Shown here one piece after another: positions 13,256 to 27,213 of a stretch of DNA of 64,000 bases. The stretch's first letter is position 1. Each line of letters starts with the position of its first letter. This DNA is from Macrostomum lignano. Lineage: Eukaryota. The notes under the pieces are model-generated. The model was not told the DNA's origin. It ran no database searches and saw only the letters and a program-made list of their open reading frames with translations. The DNA lies in assembly GCA_002269645.1 (NCBI GenBank), contig NIVC01001009.1, positions 87,951-151,950 of the forward strand. The letters are read 5' to 3'. The translations under genes were made by a program, and so were the position numbers.

Positions 13256-14299
13256 CGAGAATCTGCTCGAAAATCGCCCTGAGAATATTACCTCCTACGG
13301 TAATTCCCTCCATTAATTCCCCTACAGGGAATCTCTAAGTGGTAATTATCGTGAGAGAAGAGTCAAATAGAAACGAGAACTCAGAAATAGATGAGATACC
13401 AATTAAACTTTCTGGTCCTAGGTAATTAGTTTCCATCAGGTGGCATATGGCAGTCTCAACTGTCCAATTTAATCAAATAGTAGCACCCTTCAAAACACTC
13501 GAGCCGTGACTGACTGAATGCCGCCCCAGAGACTGCCAGCACAATAACACGCTGGTCTTGAACTGCCCAGCAGTCAGGTGAGACAGACAGACGAATAATA
13601 AGGGACAGAAGAGAGCGCTGCTCGGCGCGCTGAAACTATTGGAATTTCTCCAAGTGCAGCTGAGTGGCCCCCCCCCCAGACTGCCGGCCACACCACCTTT
13701 GACTTTGTTGCACGGGCGGGGAATGATTTACGTTAACCACTTACTGCACCTCGGCTGCGGCAGTAAAAGTCGTGACTGAGTGTCCCAACACCTGCCGGCA
13801 GAGAATATTATTTTCATTAAAGCTGAGAGCTCCCAGGTGAACAGAAAAATTAAGTCAATTAATTAAGCGAAGCAGATAGTGAAGCAGGGGCGCGATGAAA
13901 GTAGCGAAATTAATTCTAGCCCTTTAGAAGACAACCAATTATAAGCAGAGATTTGCAAATTGCAGGCTTGGGGGATAAAGCGGCCACGCAGATGAGATTT
14001 ACCTGCCTTTCTATTTCCTAATCAGCTCTCGGGGAGCAAAAAGAGAAAGGCTAAATTATTGCTAAATTGTCCAATGCTTTGAGCTAATTAGAGCAAATTT
14101 TAGTCCCTAATTTGCTAATTTATTCAATTAAACGGGGCCATCATTGAGTTCTTATGGTGCAGTGATGGTTAAGTCTTTCAAATCCTATTCTATTGGCAAA
14201 ACTGGGACAGTGGCAACACAGAAAGTGTTTTTCAGGTGTGTTTTATCGGCCTTTATCAGTACGAGCAAAACGGCACTGATTTCGTGGAAAACATAAAAT

Positions 14300-14900
14300 T
14301 TGGCATGTTTGTGGCATGGCAATCCCTCAGGACTCACACTGGAACCCATCAAATGACACAAGTAGAATCCCATAGAAATGGCATGGCAATCCCTCAGAAC
14401 TCACACTGGAACCCATCAAATGACACTAGTAGAATCCCATAGAAATGGCATGGCAATCCCTCAGAACTCACACTGGAACCCATCAAATGACACTAGTAGA
14501 ATCCCATAGAAATGGCATGGCAATCCCTCAGAACCCAAACTGGAACCCATCAAATGACACTAGTAGAATCCCATAGAAATAGCATGGCAATCCCTCAGAA
14601 CCCAAACTGGAACCCATCAAATGACACTAGAATGGCACTGGAATCCCATAGAAATGGCACTGGAATCCCATAGAAATGGCACTAGAATCCCATAGAAATG
14701 GCACTGGAATCCCATAGAAATGGCACTGGAATCCCATAGAAATGGCACTGGAATCCCATAGAATTTGCACTGGAATCCCATAGAAAAGGCACTGGAATCC
14801 CATAGAAATGGCACTGGAATCCCATAGAAATGGCACTAGAATCCCATAGAAATGGCACTAGATACCATAATAAATGCATTAGAATCCCAGAGAAATGGCA
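14300..14900. repeat. 67-bp higher-order repeat grading into 22-bp monomers (GGCACTGGAATCCCATAGAAAT)
   Basis: Four to five 67-bp units at ~14310-14630, then about 12 22-bp units. Confidence 0.93.
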
Positions 14901-15694
14901 CTCGCAATTATCATCGTATTTCAACAGGCAACATTAATGTCAATGATAATGTATAGTATATTTAGCAAATTCTGTTCACAGAAGAAGCAAGCCTCAAATG
15001 AAGAAGAAACTAAGCAACAGAGGAAGTGGGCAGGTGATGGGGCAGTAACTTGTTTGCAAGCAGGATTCGATGCTGAGTTCAACTCCATCCTTGAAACTTT
15101 CCATTTCAGCGATCGCAAGCTAGATAGAGTAAAATTGAAAACAAGGCAAAAATGTCAGATCGAATTAACAAAAACTCGGAATCGAAAAAATCCAGTTTTT
15201 GCATTACAAACGAGCAAGTACAAACACACAAAATAATAGAAGGGATTACGACATTCGTTAATACAGACAGACGACACGCAAGATTATGAGTTAAGCTCTT
15301 TCATTAGGTTTGGATCTCTGAAGACTAGGCTGTCATTAAAACAGTTTGCAAAAAATTAACAAATGAGATTAAGCTATTGAAATCGATGTATCATGGAGTA
15401 GGTTTTAAAAAGACCAATTTTTACATTCCAATAAGCTCGTGATTATCGTACAGGACATTTTCACGAGACGAAAATTGGGGAGCACAGGCAGAGCGGGGCT
15501 AAGAATCGATTCAATTAATTTCCCACATCGCACAATCAAAGTTGTGGGAAGGCCATTTAGCAACAACACAAAAACAAAAATCACGCGCGTCGTAATTCAA
15601 GCAAGCAATCAAAACAGGCGACAGAACCGATTAGAAAAAAACAAAACATGAATAAGCACTGAATAAGCGTCTTTTCAACGTGATTCAGATTAAG

Positions 15695-17025
15695 GCTGTG
15701 AGTGAGGCAGATTCTTCTGGATTCAAGCTGCGAATGGGGCGGATTTGATAGGGTTTAGTCTGTGAGTGAGGCGATTCTTCTGGATTCAAGCTGCGAATGG
15801 GGCGGATTTGATAGGGTTTAGTCTGTGAGTGAGGCAGATTCTTCTGGATTCAAGCTGCGAATGGGGCGGATTTGATAGGGTTAGTCTGTGAGTGAGGCAG
15901 ATTCTTCTGGATTCAGGCTGCGAATGGGGCGGATTTGATAGGGTTAGTCTGTGAGTGAGGCAGATTCTTCTGGATTCAAGCTGCGAATGGGGCGGATTTG
16001 ATAGGGTTAGTCTGTGAGTGAGGCAGATTCTTCTGGATTCAGGCTGCGAATGGGGCGGATTTGATAGGGTTAGTCTGTGAGTGAGGCAGATTCTTCTGGA
16101 TTCAGGCTGCGAATGGGGCGGATTTGATAGGGTTTAGTCTGTGAGTGAGGCGATTCTTCTGGATTCAAGCTGCGAATGGGGCGGATTTGATAGGGTTTAG
16201 TCTGTGAGTGAGGCAGATTCTTCTGGATTCAGGCTGCGAATGGGGCGGATTTGATAGGGTTTAGTCTGTGAGTGAGGCGATTCTTCTGGATTCAAGCTGC
16301 GAATGGGGCGGATTTGATAGGGTTAGTCTGTGAGTGAGGCAGATTCTTCTGGATTCAGGCTGCGAATGGGGCGGATTTGATAGGGTTAGTCTGTGAGTGA
16401 GGCGATTCTTCTGGATTCAGGCTGCGAATGGGGCGGATTTGATAGGGTTTAGTCTGTGAGTGAGGCAGATTCTTCTGGATTCAGGCTGCGAATGGGGCGG
16501 ATTTGATAGGGTTAGTCTGTGAGTGAGGCGATTCTTCTGGATTCAGGCTGCGAATGGGGTGGATTTGATAGGGTTTAGTCTGTGAGTGAGGCGATTCTTC
16601 TGGATTCAAGCTGCGAATGGGGTGGATTTGATAGGGTTTAGTCTGTGAGTGAGGCGGATTCTTCTGGATTCAAGCTGCGAATGGGGCGGATTTGATAGGG
16701 TTAGTCTGTGAGTGAGGCAGATTCTTCTGGATTCAAGCTGCGAATGGGGCGGATTTGATAGGGTTAGTCTGTGAGTGAGGCAGATTCTTCTGGAATCAAG
16801 CTGCGAATGGGGCGGAATTGATAGGGTTTAGTCTGTGAGGGAGCAAATTCCGTGGGGTTTAGTCTGTGAGGGAGCGGATTCGGTGGGGTTTAGTTTGTGA
16901 GGGAGCGGATTTGGTGGAGTTTAGGCTGTGAGGGAGCGGATTTGGTGGTGTTTAGTCTGTGAGGGAGCGGATTCGGTGGGGTTTAGTCTGAGAGGGAGAG
17001 GATTCGGTGGGGTCTAGTCTGTGAA
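15695..17025. repeat. 62-64-bp minisatellite followed by degenerate ~31-bp units
   Basis: Unit GTCTGTGAGTGAGGCAGATTCTTCTGGATTCAAGCTGCGAATGGGGCGGATTTGATAGGGTT(T)A repeated about 17 times, then ~31-bp units at ~16830-17020. Confidence 0.95.
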
Positions 17026-17110
17026 CAGGATGGAGTCTGCATACCGTAGCAGTCAGCAGGTGAGAATCACAAAAAAATTGTCATGCAGTGAGTTTGTTTC
17101 GCACAAGCCG

Positions 17111-20100
17111 TCACTCAAAGGTGCTGTCGCTGTCTTGCGCCGCTGCTGCCGCCGCCGCAGAATCTGCCGGCGGCGAAGAGGAGGCGCTAGCAGCAGGTGA
17201 GCTGCAGAACTGCTGGGCAGCTGCCGCAGCAGCCGCCGCGCCAGAGCGGTGAAAATTCAAACCGCCAAATGGCAGTTTCGGGCAGGCGCTGGCCGCCGAA
17301 GACGTTACCGCAGGCGTAGCAGAGCTCCGGAATCCCGCTTGATGATGAGCGGCCTGCGTCAGTGGCGGCAGCGACGCCTGGTGCAGCGAAGGTGGCGGCG
17401 GGAGCGCCGGCGGAAGGAACGGCAGGGAGACCCCACCGCGTCCAGCCGCCGCCGCGGCAGCCGCCAGCCACAGAAGCTCTGGTGGGCAGCCGCCGCCTCC
17501 GCCGTTGCCTCCTCCACCAGCGGCGCCTCCGCTTCCAGTTGAGGTGGCCGCCGCAGCGGCGGCAGCAGCGGCAGCAGCGGCGCACCGGGACAGAAAATTC
17601 GAAGAGGCAGCGGACGACGATGGAGACGTCGATGACGGAAGCTGATGCGGTGGGGGCGGCGGCGGCGGCGGCGGGGGCGGCGGCGGAGGTGGCGGATGGC
17701 CTGGGGGAAACGGCGGGCCAAAGATTGACTCCAGCAGGTGCGGATGGTGATGAGGCGCCATCCCGGATGTGAGGCGCCAGGCGTCCAAACAGCTACCCGT
17801 TTCGCTGGTCAGCTGCTTCTCGCGCTTGCGCCACTTTGCTCGGCGGTTTTGGAACCACACCTGCGGTGTGCGGTGGGGAAGGACTGGCGTTGGAGATGAT
17901 ACTGGAATCCCATATAATTGGCACTAGAATCCGATAGAAATGGCACTGGAATCCTATATAAATGGCACTGGAATCCCACAGAAATGGCACTGGAATCCTA
18001 TAGAAATGGCACTGGAATCCTATAGAAATGGCACTGGAATCTCATCGAAAAGGCACTGGAATCTCATAGAAATGGCACTAGAATCCCATAGAAATGGCAC
18101 TGGAATCCCATAGAAATGGCACTGGAATCCTATAGAAATGGCACTGGAATCCTATAGAAATGGCACTGGAATCCCATAGAAATGGCACTGGAATCCTATA
18201 GAAATGGCACTGGAATCCTATAGAAATGGCACTGGAATCCCATAGAAATGGCACTGGAATCCTATAGAAATGGCACTGGAATCCCATAGAAATGGCACTG
18301 GAATCTCATAGAAATGGCACTAGAATCCCATAGAAATGGCACTGGAATCCCATAGAAATGGCACTGGAATCCTATAGAAATGGCACTGGAATCCCATAGA
18401 AATGGCACTGGAATCCTATAGAAATGGCACTGGAATCCTATAGAAATGGCACTGGAATCCCATAGAAATGGCACTGGAATCCTATAGAAATGGCACTGGA
18501 ATCCCATAGAAATGGCACTGGAATCTCATAGAAATGGCACTAGAATCCCATAGAAATGGCACTGGAATCCCATAGAAATGGCACTGGAATCCTATAGAAA
18601 TGGCACTGGAATCCCATAGAAATGGCACTGGAATCCTATAGAAATGGCACTGGAATCCTATAGAAATGGCACTGGAATCCCATAGAAATGGCACTGGAAT
18701 CCTATAGAAATGGCACTGGAATCCCATAGAAATGGCACTGGAATCTCATAGAAATGGCACTCGAATCCCATAGAAATGGCACTGGAATCCCATAGAATTG
18801 GCACTATAGCACAAATTTGACAGTGAAATCCAAATAAAGCATGCAGTCACAACCTACAGAAGGAAATGAATAATAACGACTTCAGAGAAGTCAGTAAATA
18901 TAGACTGCAGTAGTTACAATATCCCTCGATGAAGGCAAAGATGCAATATTGCTGGCGGCACTGTCTCAATCAAGCTGGAGATATTATTTAGAGCAATAAA
19001 ACTTCTCTGTCCCTCTGGACACGCCCAAAAATCTTTTCTATTTACCAACTTGGGTTGGTGGGGCCTGGGGTGGCCGAGCAATCCAGGAAATCAATTGTAA
19101 TGGAAGGAATTCTAGGTCTATTGGCTGCGTAGATGCGGGCCGAAACCCAAGGGTCCGCCATAATCCTGCTCAGTGTAATAACGACTCTAAACGGGCGACT
19201 CAAGCGAATAAAATGAGATTCGAAATGCCGCCCCCGGGGGTCGCGAGGCGCTGTTATAAGGCGTAATGACATTGGGGGCGCTGGGGAGGCCACCGATTAT
19301 TAGTTTACACAACAATTGACAAACAGGCCCGGTGCAGAGAGGCAATTTGAGGTGGCGAATTGGCCAATTTTCATTAAAACCCGAGACCCCCGCTCACCCT
19401 GTTAGCCACTTGGCCAAATCCTCTCAATTACTTATTAAGTCTTGGCCGTCTCCAACTGGCACAGCGGGAGGCCCCCGGGTGACGACGCCCTCAACCCGCC
19501 CTCCCCATCAGTCCTGATCTCGTTACTGCCTAATTCAAATGTAATAACCTGATTGAGTAGCTTTGCCGGGCTTGCAGACGAGAGGGCACGGCTTAGTGTG
19601 TAGGGTTTCTGGGGATTGGGAAAAAAGAAGAAGAGCTAGGCTCTGGCGCCAGATTTTTGCCCTTGAAATTATCTAGCCCAAACAAAACTCACGGCTAAGA
19701 ATTGGCCTTTCGATTTGAGAAATTCTTGGAAAGTGGATGGAAAAATCGATAAAGTCGCTGCCCAGTCTGTCTGAAATTGCATGCTTCATTTCTTACCAGA
19801 TGGATAGGGGTTGGTGACAGGGTGCGGAATGCAGAGTGACAGGATGCTGGTGACAGGGTGACAGGATGCTGGTGACAGGGTGACAGGGTGCTGGATACAG
19901 GGTGACAGGTTGCTGGATACAGGGTGACAGGGTGCTGGATACAGGGTGACAGGTTGCTGGATACAGGGTGACAGGGTGCTGGATACAGGGTGACAGGTTG
20001 CTGGATACAGGGTGACAGGGTGCTGGATACAGGGTGACAGGTTGCTGAATACAGCGTGACAGGGTGCGGAATGCAGGGTGACAGGGCGATGGATACGGGG

Positions 20101-23100
20101 TGACAGGGCGATGGATACGGGGTGACAAGGCACTGGATACAGGGTGACAGGGCGATGGTGACAGGGTGACAGGGTGCTGGATACAGGGTGACAGGGTGCT
20201 GGATACAGGGTGACAGGGTGCTGGATACAGGGTGACAGGGTGCTGGATACAGGGTGACAGGGTGCTGGATACAGGGTGACAGGGTGCTGGATACAGGGTG
20301 ACAGGGTGCTGGATACAGGGTGACAGGGTGCTGGATACAGGGTGACAGGGTGCTGGATACAGGGTGACAGGGCACTGGATACAGGGTGACAGGGTGCTGG
20401 ATACAGGGTGACAGGGCACTGGATACAGGGTGACAGGGCACTGGATACAGGGTGACAGGGCACTGGATACAGGGTGACAGGGTGCTGGATACAGGGTGAC
20501 AGGGCACTGGATACAGGGTGACAGGGCGCTGGATACAATGCAGGGACAGGGTGTTGGTGGAGAGAAGATAAAGGGAGAAGTAAGAGGGGTCAGTAGAAGA
20601 GAGCAGACGGGAGAGATCACTAGATCAGAGGATGAACTAACATGGAGAGTGAGAAGAGACAGCCGCATATAGAATTTTAGTCCACTTGAGCAGAGGGATT
20701 TCTCTGTCGCACCCTCGAGTCTTCTCAATTGAATCTATATAAAATATAAATTGGCCACAGAAATAAACAAGCCTACATTTAGCCAATTCAGCAGATCCCA
20801 CCGCTAATTCCATTATTTCCGCCTCGTTGATCACTTTTTTGCCCCCCCCCCTCTGCCCACCCTCATCCGCCCCCTGTCTGTTGGAGTATAGCCGCAGGAA
20901 TGCCAGCCCGCAGCCTTGAGTTCCGGCCTAATTGCCCGTGAGTGAGAGAATCTCCTCAGAGCTCGGGCCGGGTAGGACTCGCTATACAGAAACGAAATTC
21001 GCACCAACGAACGAGCAGCGAATTAGCTGATAGATTATTAAATGCGCGCTTTTATCGACAGACTTCATTCAAAGCTTTGAGTAGAAATTGCGAAGCCATA
21101 CTTCAGAATTGTGCGTTTGACATCTGTCCAACAATTTCCTGTCCATTAAGCCGGAGGGCCGCATGGGGGGCGAAAGAAATCAAAGCTGTTTGTCCCCAGC
21201 GATATTATGGTCATATAGAATCGTGTGCAGATATATGAATCCTGAGTGCGGGACTAAAATTAAAAAGAATGTGCTTACGACCTATATGGTTGGTTTGTTT
21301 GGCTTTGATCACTACTGCAATTTTGAAATACGATTTTTCAGACTTTGGATGCTATTTAGTTCTCAAGCCATATTGAAATTGCTTTTAATTCAGTAATTTA
21401 AACTATTTTCTTTGTCTCTAGTTCTTCGTTTACATTTCAACTCCCTCATTCCCCCCTCTCACTCTCATTCACTCTCATTCACTACCTCTCACTCTCATTC
21501 GCTCCCTCTCGCTCTCATTCACTCTCATTCACTACCCTCTCACTCTCATTCGCTCCCTCTCACTCTCATTCACTCTCATTCACTACCTCTCACTCTCATT
21601 CACCCTCTCTCACTCCCATTCACTCCCTCTCACTCTCATTCACTCCCTCTCACTCTTATTCACTACCCTCTCACTCTCATTCACTCTCATTCACTCCCTC
21701 TCACTCTCATTCACCCTCTCTCACTCTCATTCACTCCCTCTCACTCTCATTCACTCCCTCTCACTCTCATTCACTCCCTCTCACTCTCATTCACTCCCTC
21801 TCACTCTCATTCACTCTCTCCCATTCTCATTCACTCCCTCTCCCATTCTCATTCACTCCCTCTCACTCTCATTCACTCCCTCTCACTCTCATTCACTCCC
21901 TCTCACTCTCATTCACTCTCTCCCATTCTCATTCACTCCCTCTCCCATTCTCATTCACTCCCTCTCACTCTCATTCACTCCCTCTCACTCTCATTCACAC
22001 TCTCTCACTCTCATTCATTCCCTCTCACTCTTATTCACTCCCTTTCACTCTCATTCACCCACTCATTCACTCCTCGAAATCGAACGGAAATTTAAAGCTT
22101 CTAAAGTTTATAGTTGGTGAAATTTGCAGTACGGGCAATTGTGCAGCAGGCGCATCTCTGAACATGTACATCAATCAGTAAACTAAAGCTGTCAATCAAC
22201 CAAACAACCAAGCAGCTCACCTGCACCCGAGCCTCGCTAAGCTGAAGCCGCTGCGCTAGCTCCTCTCTAGTGAACACGTCGGGATACTGCGACTTCTCAA
22301 ACGCCTGCTCCAGCTGGTGCAGCTGAAAAGTGGTGAAAGTCGTCCGCGACCGGCGAATCTTCCTCGGCGCCTCCTCGTCCTTGTCGTCGATCGAGTCGTC
22401 TGGCTGCAGATCGTCGGCGTTTGATGCTGCGGCACCGACTTCGCCGCCGCCTCCGCCCCCGCCACCGTCCTCGTCATCCAACTCTTCGTTGCTATCGGGA
22501 TCTGTAGCCATGGCAGCGGAGCTACCGCCCACGCCGATTTCGCCAATAGTGTGCGAATAATTATTTTCCATGGTCTGATGATGCTGATGACGATGCTGGC
22601 TGAGTGCTGCGGCTGCTGAGTGGCGGATTTTGGTGTGCGGTGAATTTTTTTGTTTATAGGGCATACAGTGCCTTGCGGTTTAGCAGTAAATAGTGCGGCA
22701 TTGAAATTATGACAATTGTCTATTCAGGTGTATGATGAGCGTAATGCATAAGCATCAATTCAGTCATATCAGCATTCGCAGCATTTGAATCATTATATAA
22801 GTAGGTATTTAAATATGGGGATCATTTTTTCTGAAATAATGGTATTTTTCATACAAATGCATCTATGGTTTCACATTCACATCTGTTGCAGTTTTAGAAA
22901 TAAAGAATTGAATTTATAAATTTCAGAATGGGGTCGCTCCCGCCAGTGAGACTGAGATCTTACCATAGAAATGCTCCTCATCTGGTCGTCTTTTCGAGTT
23001 GGCCAAAATTCCAGCAATGGAAAAATTTGTGCTTGCCATGGCCTGTCCGGTTGACTTGGTGACAACCGTATCCATGGCAACTGGAAGCTGCTGCTGCTGC

Positions 23101-23297
23101 TGCTGCTGCTCTTGGCTTCGCAAGGTCAGAGGTCGCGGTTCAATCATGGCTACGCTGACGCTGCAGTTTAAAATCTGGTCAGGAAAACAGGCTGTCTGGC
23201 TGTGGGGGGATTTTTGAGGCTTGTCTCGGCAGGTCGCTCCGCCACCCACCCCACCCTCCGCTGGCGCCACCAACCCCCTCGCGTCTTGGTCTGTCAT
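17111..23297 (-). CDS. hbn: PRD-class (Q50) homeodomain transcription factor, homeobrain-like
   Basis: Exons 23297-22964 (start ATG uncertain, 23147 also possible), 22615-22221 (acceptor uncertain) and 17860-17111; phases are compatible. Homeodomain [47 protein letters not shown]|[15 protein letters not shown] has the PRD-typical intron between residues 46 and 47. An N-terminal eh1/octapeptide FSIAGIL lies at 23024-23004. [16 protein letters not shown] recalls Homeobrain more than Rx or Arx; orthology needs a tree. Confidence 0.85.
17895..18805. repeat. 22-bp minisatellite (GGCACTGGAATCC[C/T]ATAGAAAT) in the homeobox intron
   Basis: About 40 copies; identical ORF translations at 18262-18507 and 18482-18727 show a 220-bp higher-order period. 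Confidence 0.96.
19810..20535. repeat. 22-bp G3-tract minisatellite (GGGTGACAGGGTGCTGGATACA)
   Basis: About 32 copies in hbn intron 2. Confidence 0.95.
21450..22070. repeat. 20-bp C/T-rich minisatellite (CACTCTCATTCACTCCCTCT)
   Basis: About 30 copies in hbn intron 2. Confidence 0.94.
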
Positions 23298-23689
23298 TGG
23301 TCCATGGGCTGAGGGGGCGACTCAGAGTTTTACCAATTCATCAACACGGGACACACAAGTCAAAAAGTGGTGTCAAATAGTACTCGTATTTAAATTTACC
23401 AGTTTTTTGCTGTGTTAAAGTGAAACTTCACCGCTTTTATGGTTCCAAACATCTCGCATTCACAATCCCTATAATTTCGCTCTTAAATCCAGCAATCCCT
23501 CAGTAATAAACTTGTTATAGTGCGAGCGCATATTAATCCTTCCTCCCTACGTTCTGTCTGTACTCTAGGTACAAACTAATGTATTGTCTACTATAGCTGG
23601 CAGACGTGGTTTCTGTGTACATATACATCCATCGAGAGATACATGCATAAATTATACAATAGCTCGTATATGATCAGATCAGAAAGATC

Positions 23690-24070
23690 ACTAGGTAGGT
23701 AGAAAGGTAGGGAGGTAAGCAGGCGGGTAGGTGGACGATGCATGAAGGTAGAAGGTAGCTAGGTAGATAAGCAGGTTGGTAGGTAGAGTAAGCAGGTAGT
23801 TAGGTAGGTAAGCAGACAATGGATAGGTAGATCGGTAGTTAGTTAGGTAGTAGGTAAGTAAGTAGGTACGGTACGTAGGTCGATATTTAGGTAGGTAGCT
23901 AGGTAGCTAGGTAGACAAGCAGGTAGGTAGACATGCAGGTAGGTAGGTAGACATGCAGGTAGGTAGGTAGACATGCAGGTAGGTAGGTAGGTAAGAACGT
24001 AGGTAGGGCAAACAGGTAAGTGGGCATTCAGACAGGTAGGTAGATAAACAGGTAGGTTTATGTAGGTAAA
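23690..24070. repeat. Degenerate (AGGT)n simple repeat upstream of hbn
   Basis: Direct reading. Confidence 0.85.
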
Positions 24071-26583
24071 GAATCAGTTTCAAGAACACAGGCAAGCATG
24101 TAATCGTAATCAATCAGGAACCGGAGAGCTTGTGATTGAAGAGACTAGCCATGCACAGTGATAAAAAGGCAATGGGGGTCAGTGCGCAGCTCTTTCAACA
24201 CAACTGGCAGACAGCAGGTGTTTCCAGTCCAGTCGCCATCTCCCCCCACACTCGAATGCCTTGGAGACTCGAATTGGACAGCCACTTCAAATGGCAATCA
24301 AAATCTTGGTCCTCCAAGAGGACACACCAGCGCAAACCAACATGAGGCTCAAAATTTGATGAGGGACCCCCAGATTGCGACATGAACATTGATTTCTCAA
24401 CATACGCACTCAACCCGGATTTTCTACAATTAAGCCCCGGCTCCATTAAAACCCCCATGCCTGGAGTTTATAATCTGGCTAATTATCTTAACCATTGAGG
24501 CCCCATAGCAACTACTAGCTCGTACAACTAAGCTATTGAATGACTGCCCGCCCTCCCCTCTACTCACAAATGAACTGTCCTCTCCACTCGGGTTATCTGG
24601 GACAGACTGCACACTGCCTGGGCAAAATTCAATAGGAGCTAAAATTTAGAATTCAGAGTGACCAGACGAGCACAGCAGACTGCAGCCACTTAAAACTGGC
24701 ACTGCCACTTGCAAATTCTATATAAGTTTATTAAGTGTATGATCATATTCTTTATGACAGATCAAGTCTTGCATGTAAAGGATATTAATCGCTCTACCCA
24801 CAGTATAGACAGCTGTCCGCTAATACTCGTACTGTTAAGCTGAATTACAAATAAGCTTAGATCAATGCTCAGGAAGCGTTTTTTACTTTACAAGATTATC
24901 TATTAGCGTTATTTCGAAACTTAGCTTTACCAGCTACTACTAGTTAGTAGCCATACTATCCGGGCTATATCAAGAACCTAGAACCAGTAAATGATGGAGT
25001 ACAGCATCCCCAAATCCTCGTTTCCAGTGTCAACTGTCAAAAATGCTTTGGTGCAACCGAAGTAAGGATGAATTCAGTTAAAATTTAGTTAAATTCAATA
25101 TACTAAAACTGACGCGATGTTTGTCTTGACACTATATAGTCTATATTTCGTATGTCAACTGAAAACCTGCAGTCAGTCAGTCTAAGCTGTCTGAAAACGA
25201 GGGCTTGGAAAAGAGTTGGCACTCCAGGTTCTGGTCTTAGATCTCCTTAGCCCTTAGCCATTTTACTGAAATAAACATACTTGAGAATGCGAACTCCGAT
25301 CCCAGCCCGCATATTTTAGCGTGTCCCCTATTATCAGATACACCAAACCCACCCCGAGACCCTGTCAATATAGTCCAAATAATAACTATACTCAGAGACT
25401 ACTATATCAGCAAGTGCAGCTAAATACTCGTACATATGCATATGATATGCCAAGCATGTATATGAGCCTAACAGGTTTGTACATGTTTGTACGAAGCAGG
25501 TTGAAACAGCTTGCATGCGCTGTGAGTCTTACAGTATAGCTCTTGCAGTTATCTACATTTGTTACTACGAGTATATTATTCATAATTACTACCATCAAAA
25601 TAGTATTAGCGACCTGTAAGATTAAATATTACTTAACACTTAAAATGACACCTATATGCACCGGATTGTGTATGATATGAAAACACCTATGCAAGGTGGA
25701 TGAACTTATAAATCGAATCAAAATATGCTAAATACAATAAACAATGTCCGTGTCATTCTCGAGAGAACTTTTTTTGGGCAGCCAACTTAGCATTTTGACA
25801 AACTACTTTCCTCTGGACCGATCGTTCTCATAGTGCTACTAACAGTAGCATACTTGGGCTAATATGTAGTCTATTGTAAGTGTGGGAAATACTTAAGTGC
25901 CAGTGTGAGCTTATTTACAATCAAGCAGATGCTCAAAGATAGTGACAGGTTTTTCTCCGCAACAAGAAGGCGGCTACTATGCAGAGAGAAAGTCGACAAT
26001 AGCGGACGAAAAAATTCAATTCCTGCGATCTGATCAAATATTCCTTGTTTTATCAGAGCTCCTGCCTGCATTGTATTTGTGCCACTGATTTTCTCGAAAC
26101 CGATTCTTTCCTTACAGAGAAATCACTTGTCAAGCAAATCATATAGCTTTTTTCGGGTTATTTTACTCATATTACCGACGCGTAGTGGGTTAGTTATGTA
26201 ATAAAATTCATAAACAGAAGAGATATAAATCAGGTTAAAGTCACGAAGTGATTTTATACCAGTGTGCTTATCATTCTGTCTAGAACAATGAGAAAACGCA
26301 CTTGAACGAGAAAAAGATAGAAGAGAATTTTGTGCACGTTTAGCTTGTAGGAAACACACTTGACAGGCTTGTCTCAAAAAAGAAAAGACGATTCCTAGAA
26401 AGGGCAATAAAGGGGTGATTCCTAGAAAAGGGAATGAAGAGCAGATTTTCCGGAAGATAACGAAAGCTAATAATTAGACAATAAAACTAAACGGCGATTC
26501 TTGTAGCAGTTTGGACAAACAATCTGCAAAGACGCGGATTTGATACTAAATAGAATAAAATGGGTTTCCAGTCTAGGAGCCTA

Positions 26584-27160
26584 CTACATCCGGCCGACAG
26601 TCCGGATGCCGAGGATGTCTAAGCCAGCCTTCATGATTTTGGCCGTGGCGTCGCACAGCAGGATGCGCCAGTGATTCACGCGGATCACCTCGCCTGCAAG
26701 GGGGTCGGGAGGGACGACTTGCTTTAATACGTTCGTCTATCGACCGTACTCGTACATGCAAATGTACAAAGACGTTTGGAAAGTCTGAGAGATACCATAG
26801 TAAACTTATACGGACAAAGGAAATGGACCGACAGACGGACAGACAAAGAAAAAAATACAGATAAGAGAGCGAGGGATAAGATAGACATACATACAGACAG
26901 GCAGATACCCAGACAGACACTAAGACAGACGATAGACAGACATACAGACAGACAGACAGATAGACAGACATACAGACAGACAAACAGACAGACCGACAGA
27001 CAGACAGTCAGACAGACAGACAGACAGACAGACAGAGGGACAGAAAAAAAACAGACAGGCAGACACCCAGACACAGACAGGCAGGCAGACAGACAGACAG
27101 ACAGAGGGACAGAAAAACAGACAGACAGACAGACAGACACCCAGACACAGACAGGCAGGC

Positions 27161-27213
<53 letters not shown>

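Noticed and set aside
15695-16830. Regular arrays (also 32280-32990, 56105-57510) as possible CRISPR
   Set aside because: Head-to-tail units with no unique spacers, no cas genes, and eukaryotic context.
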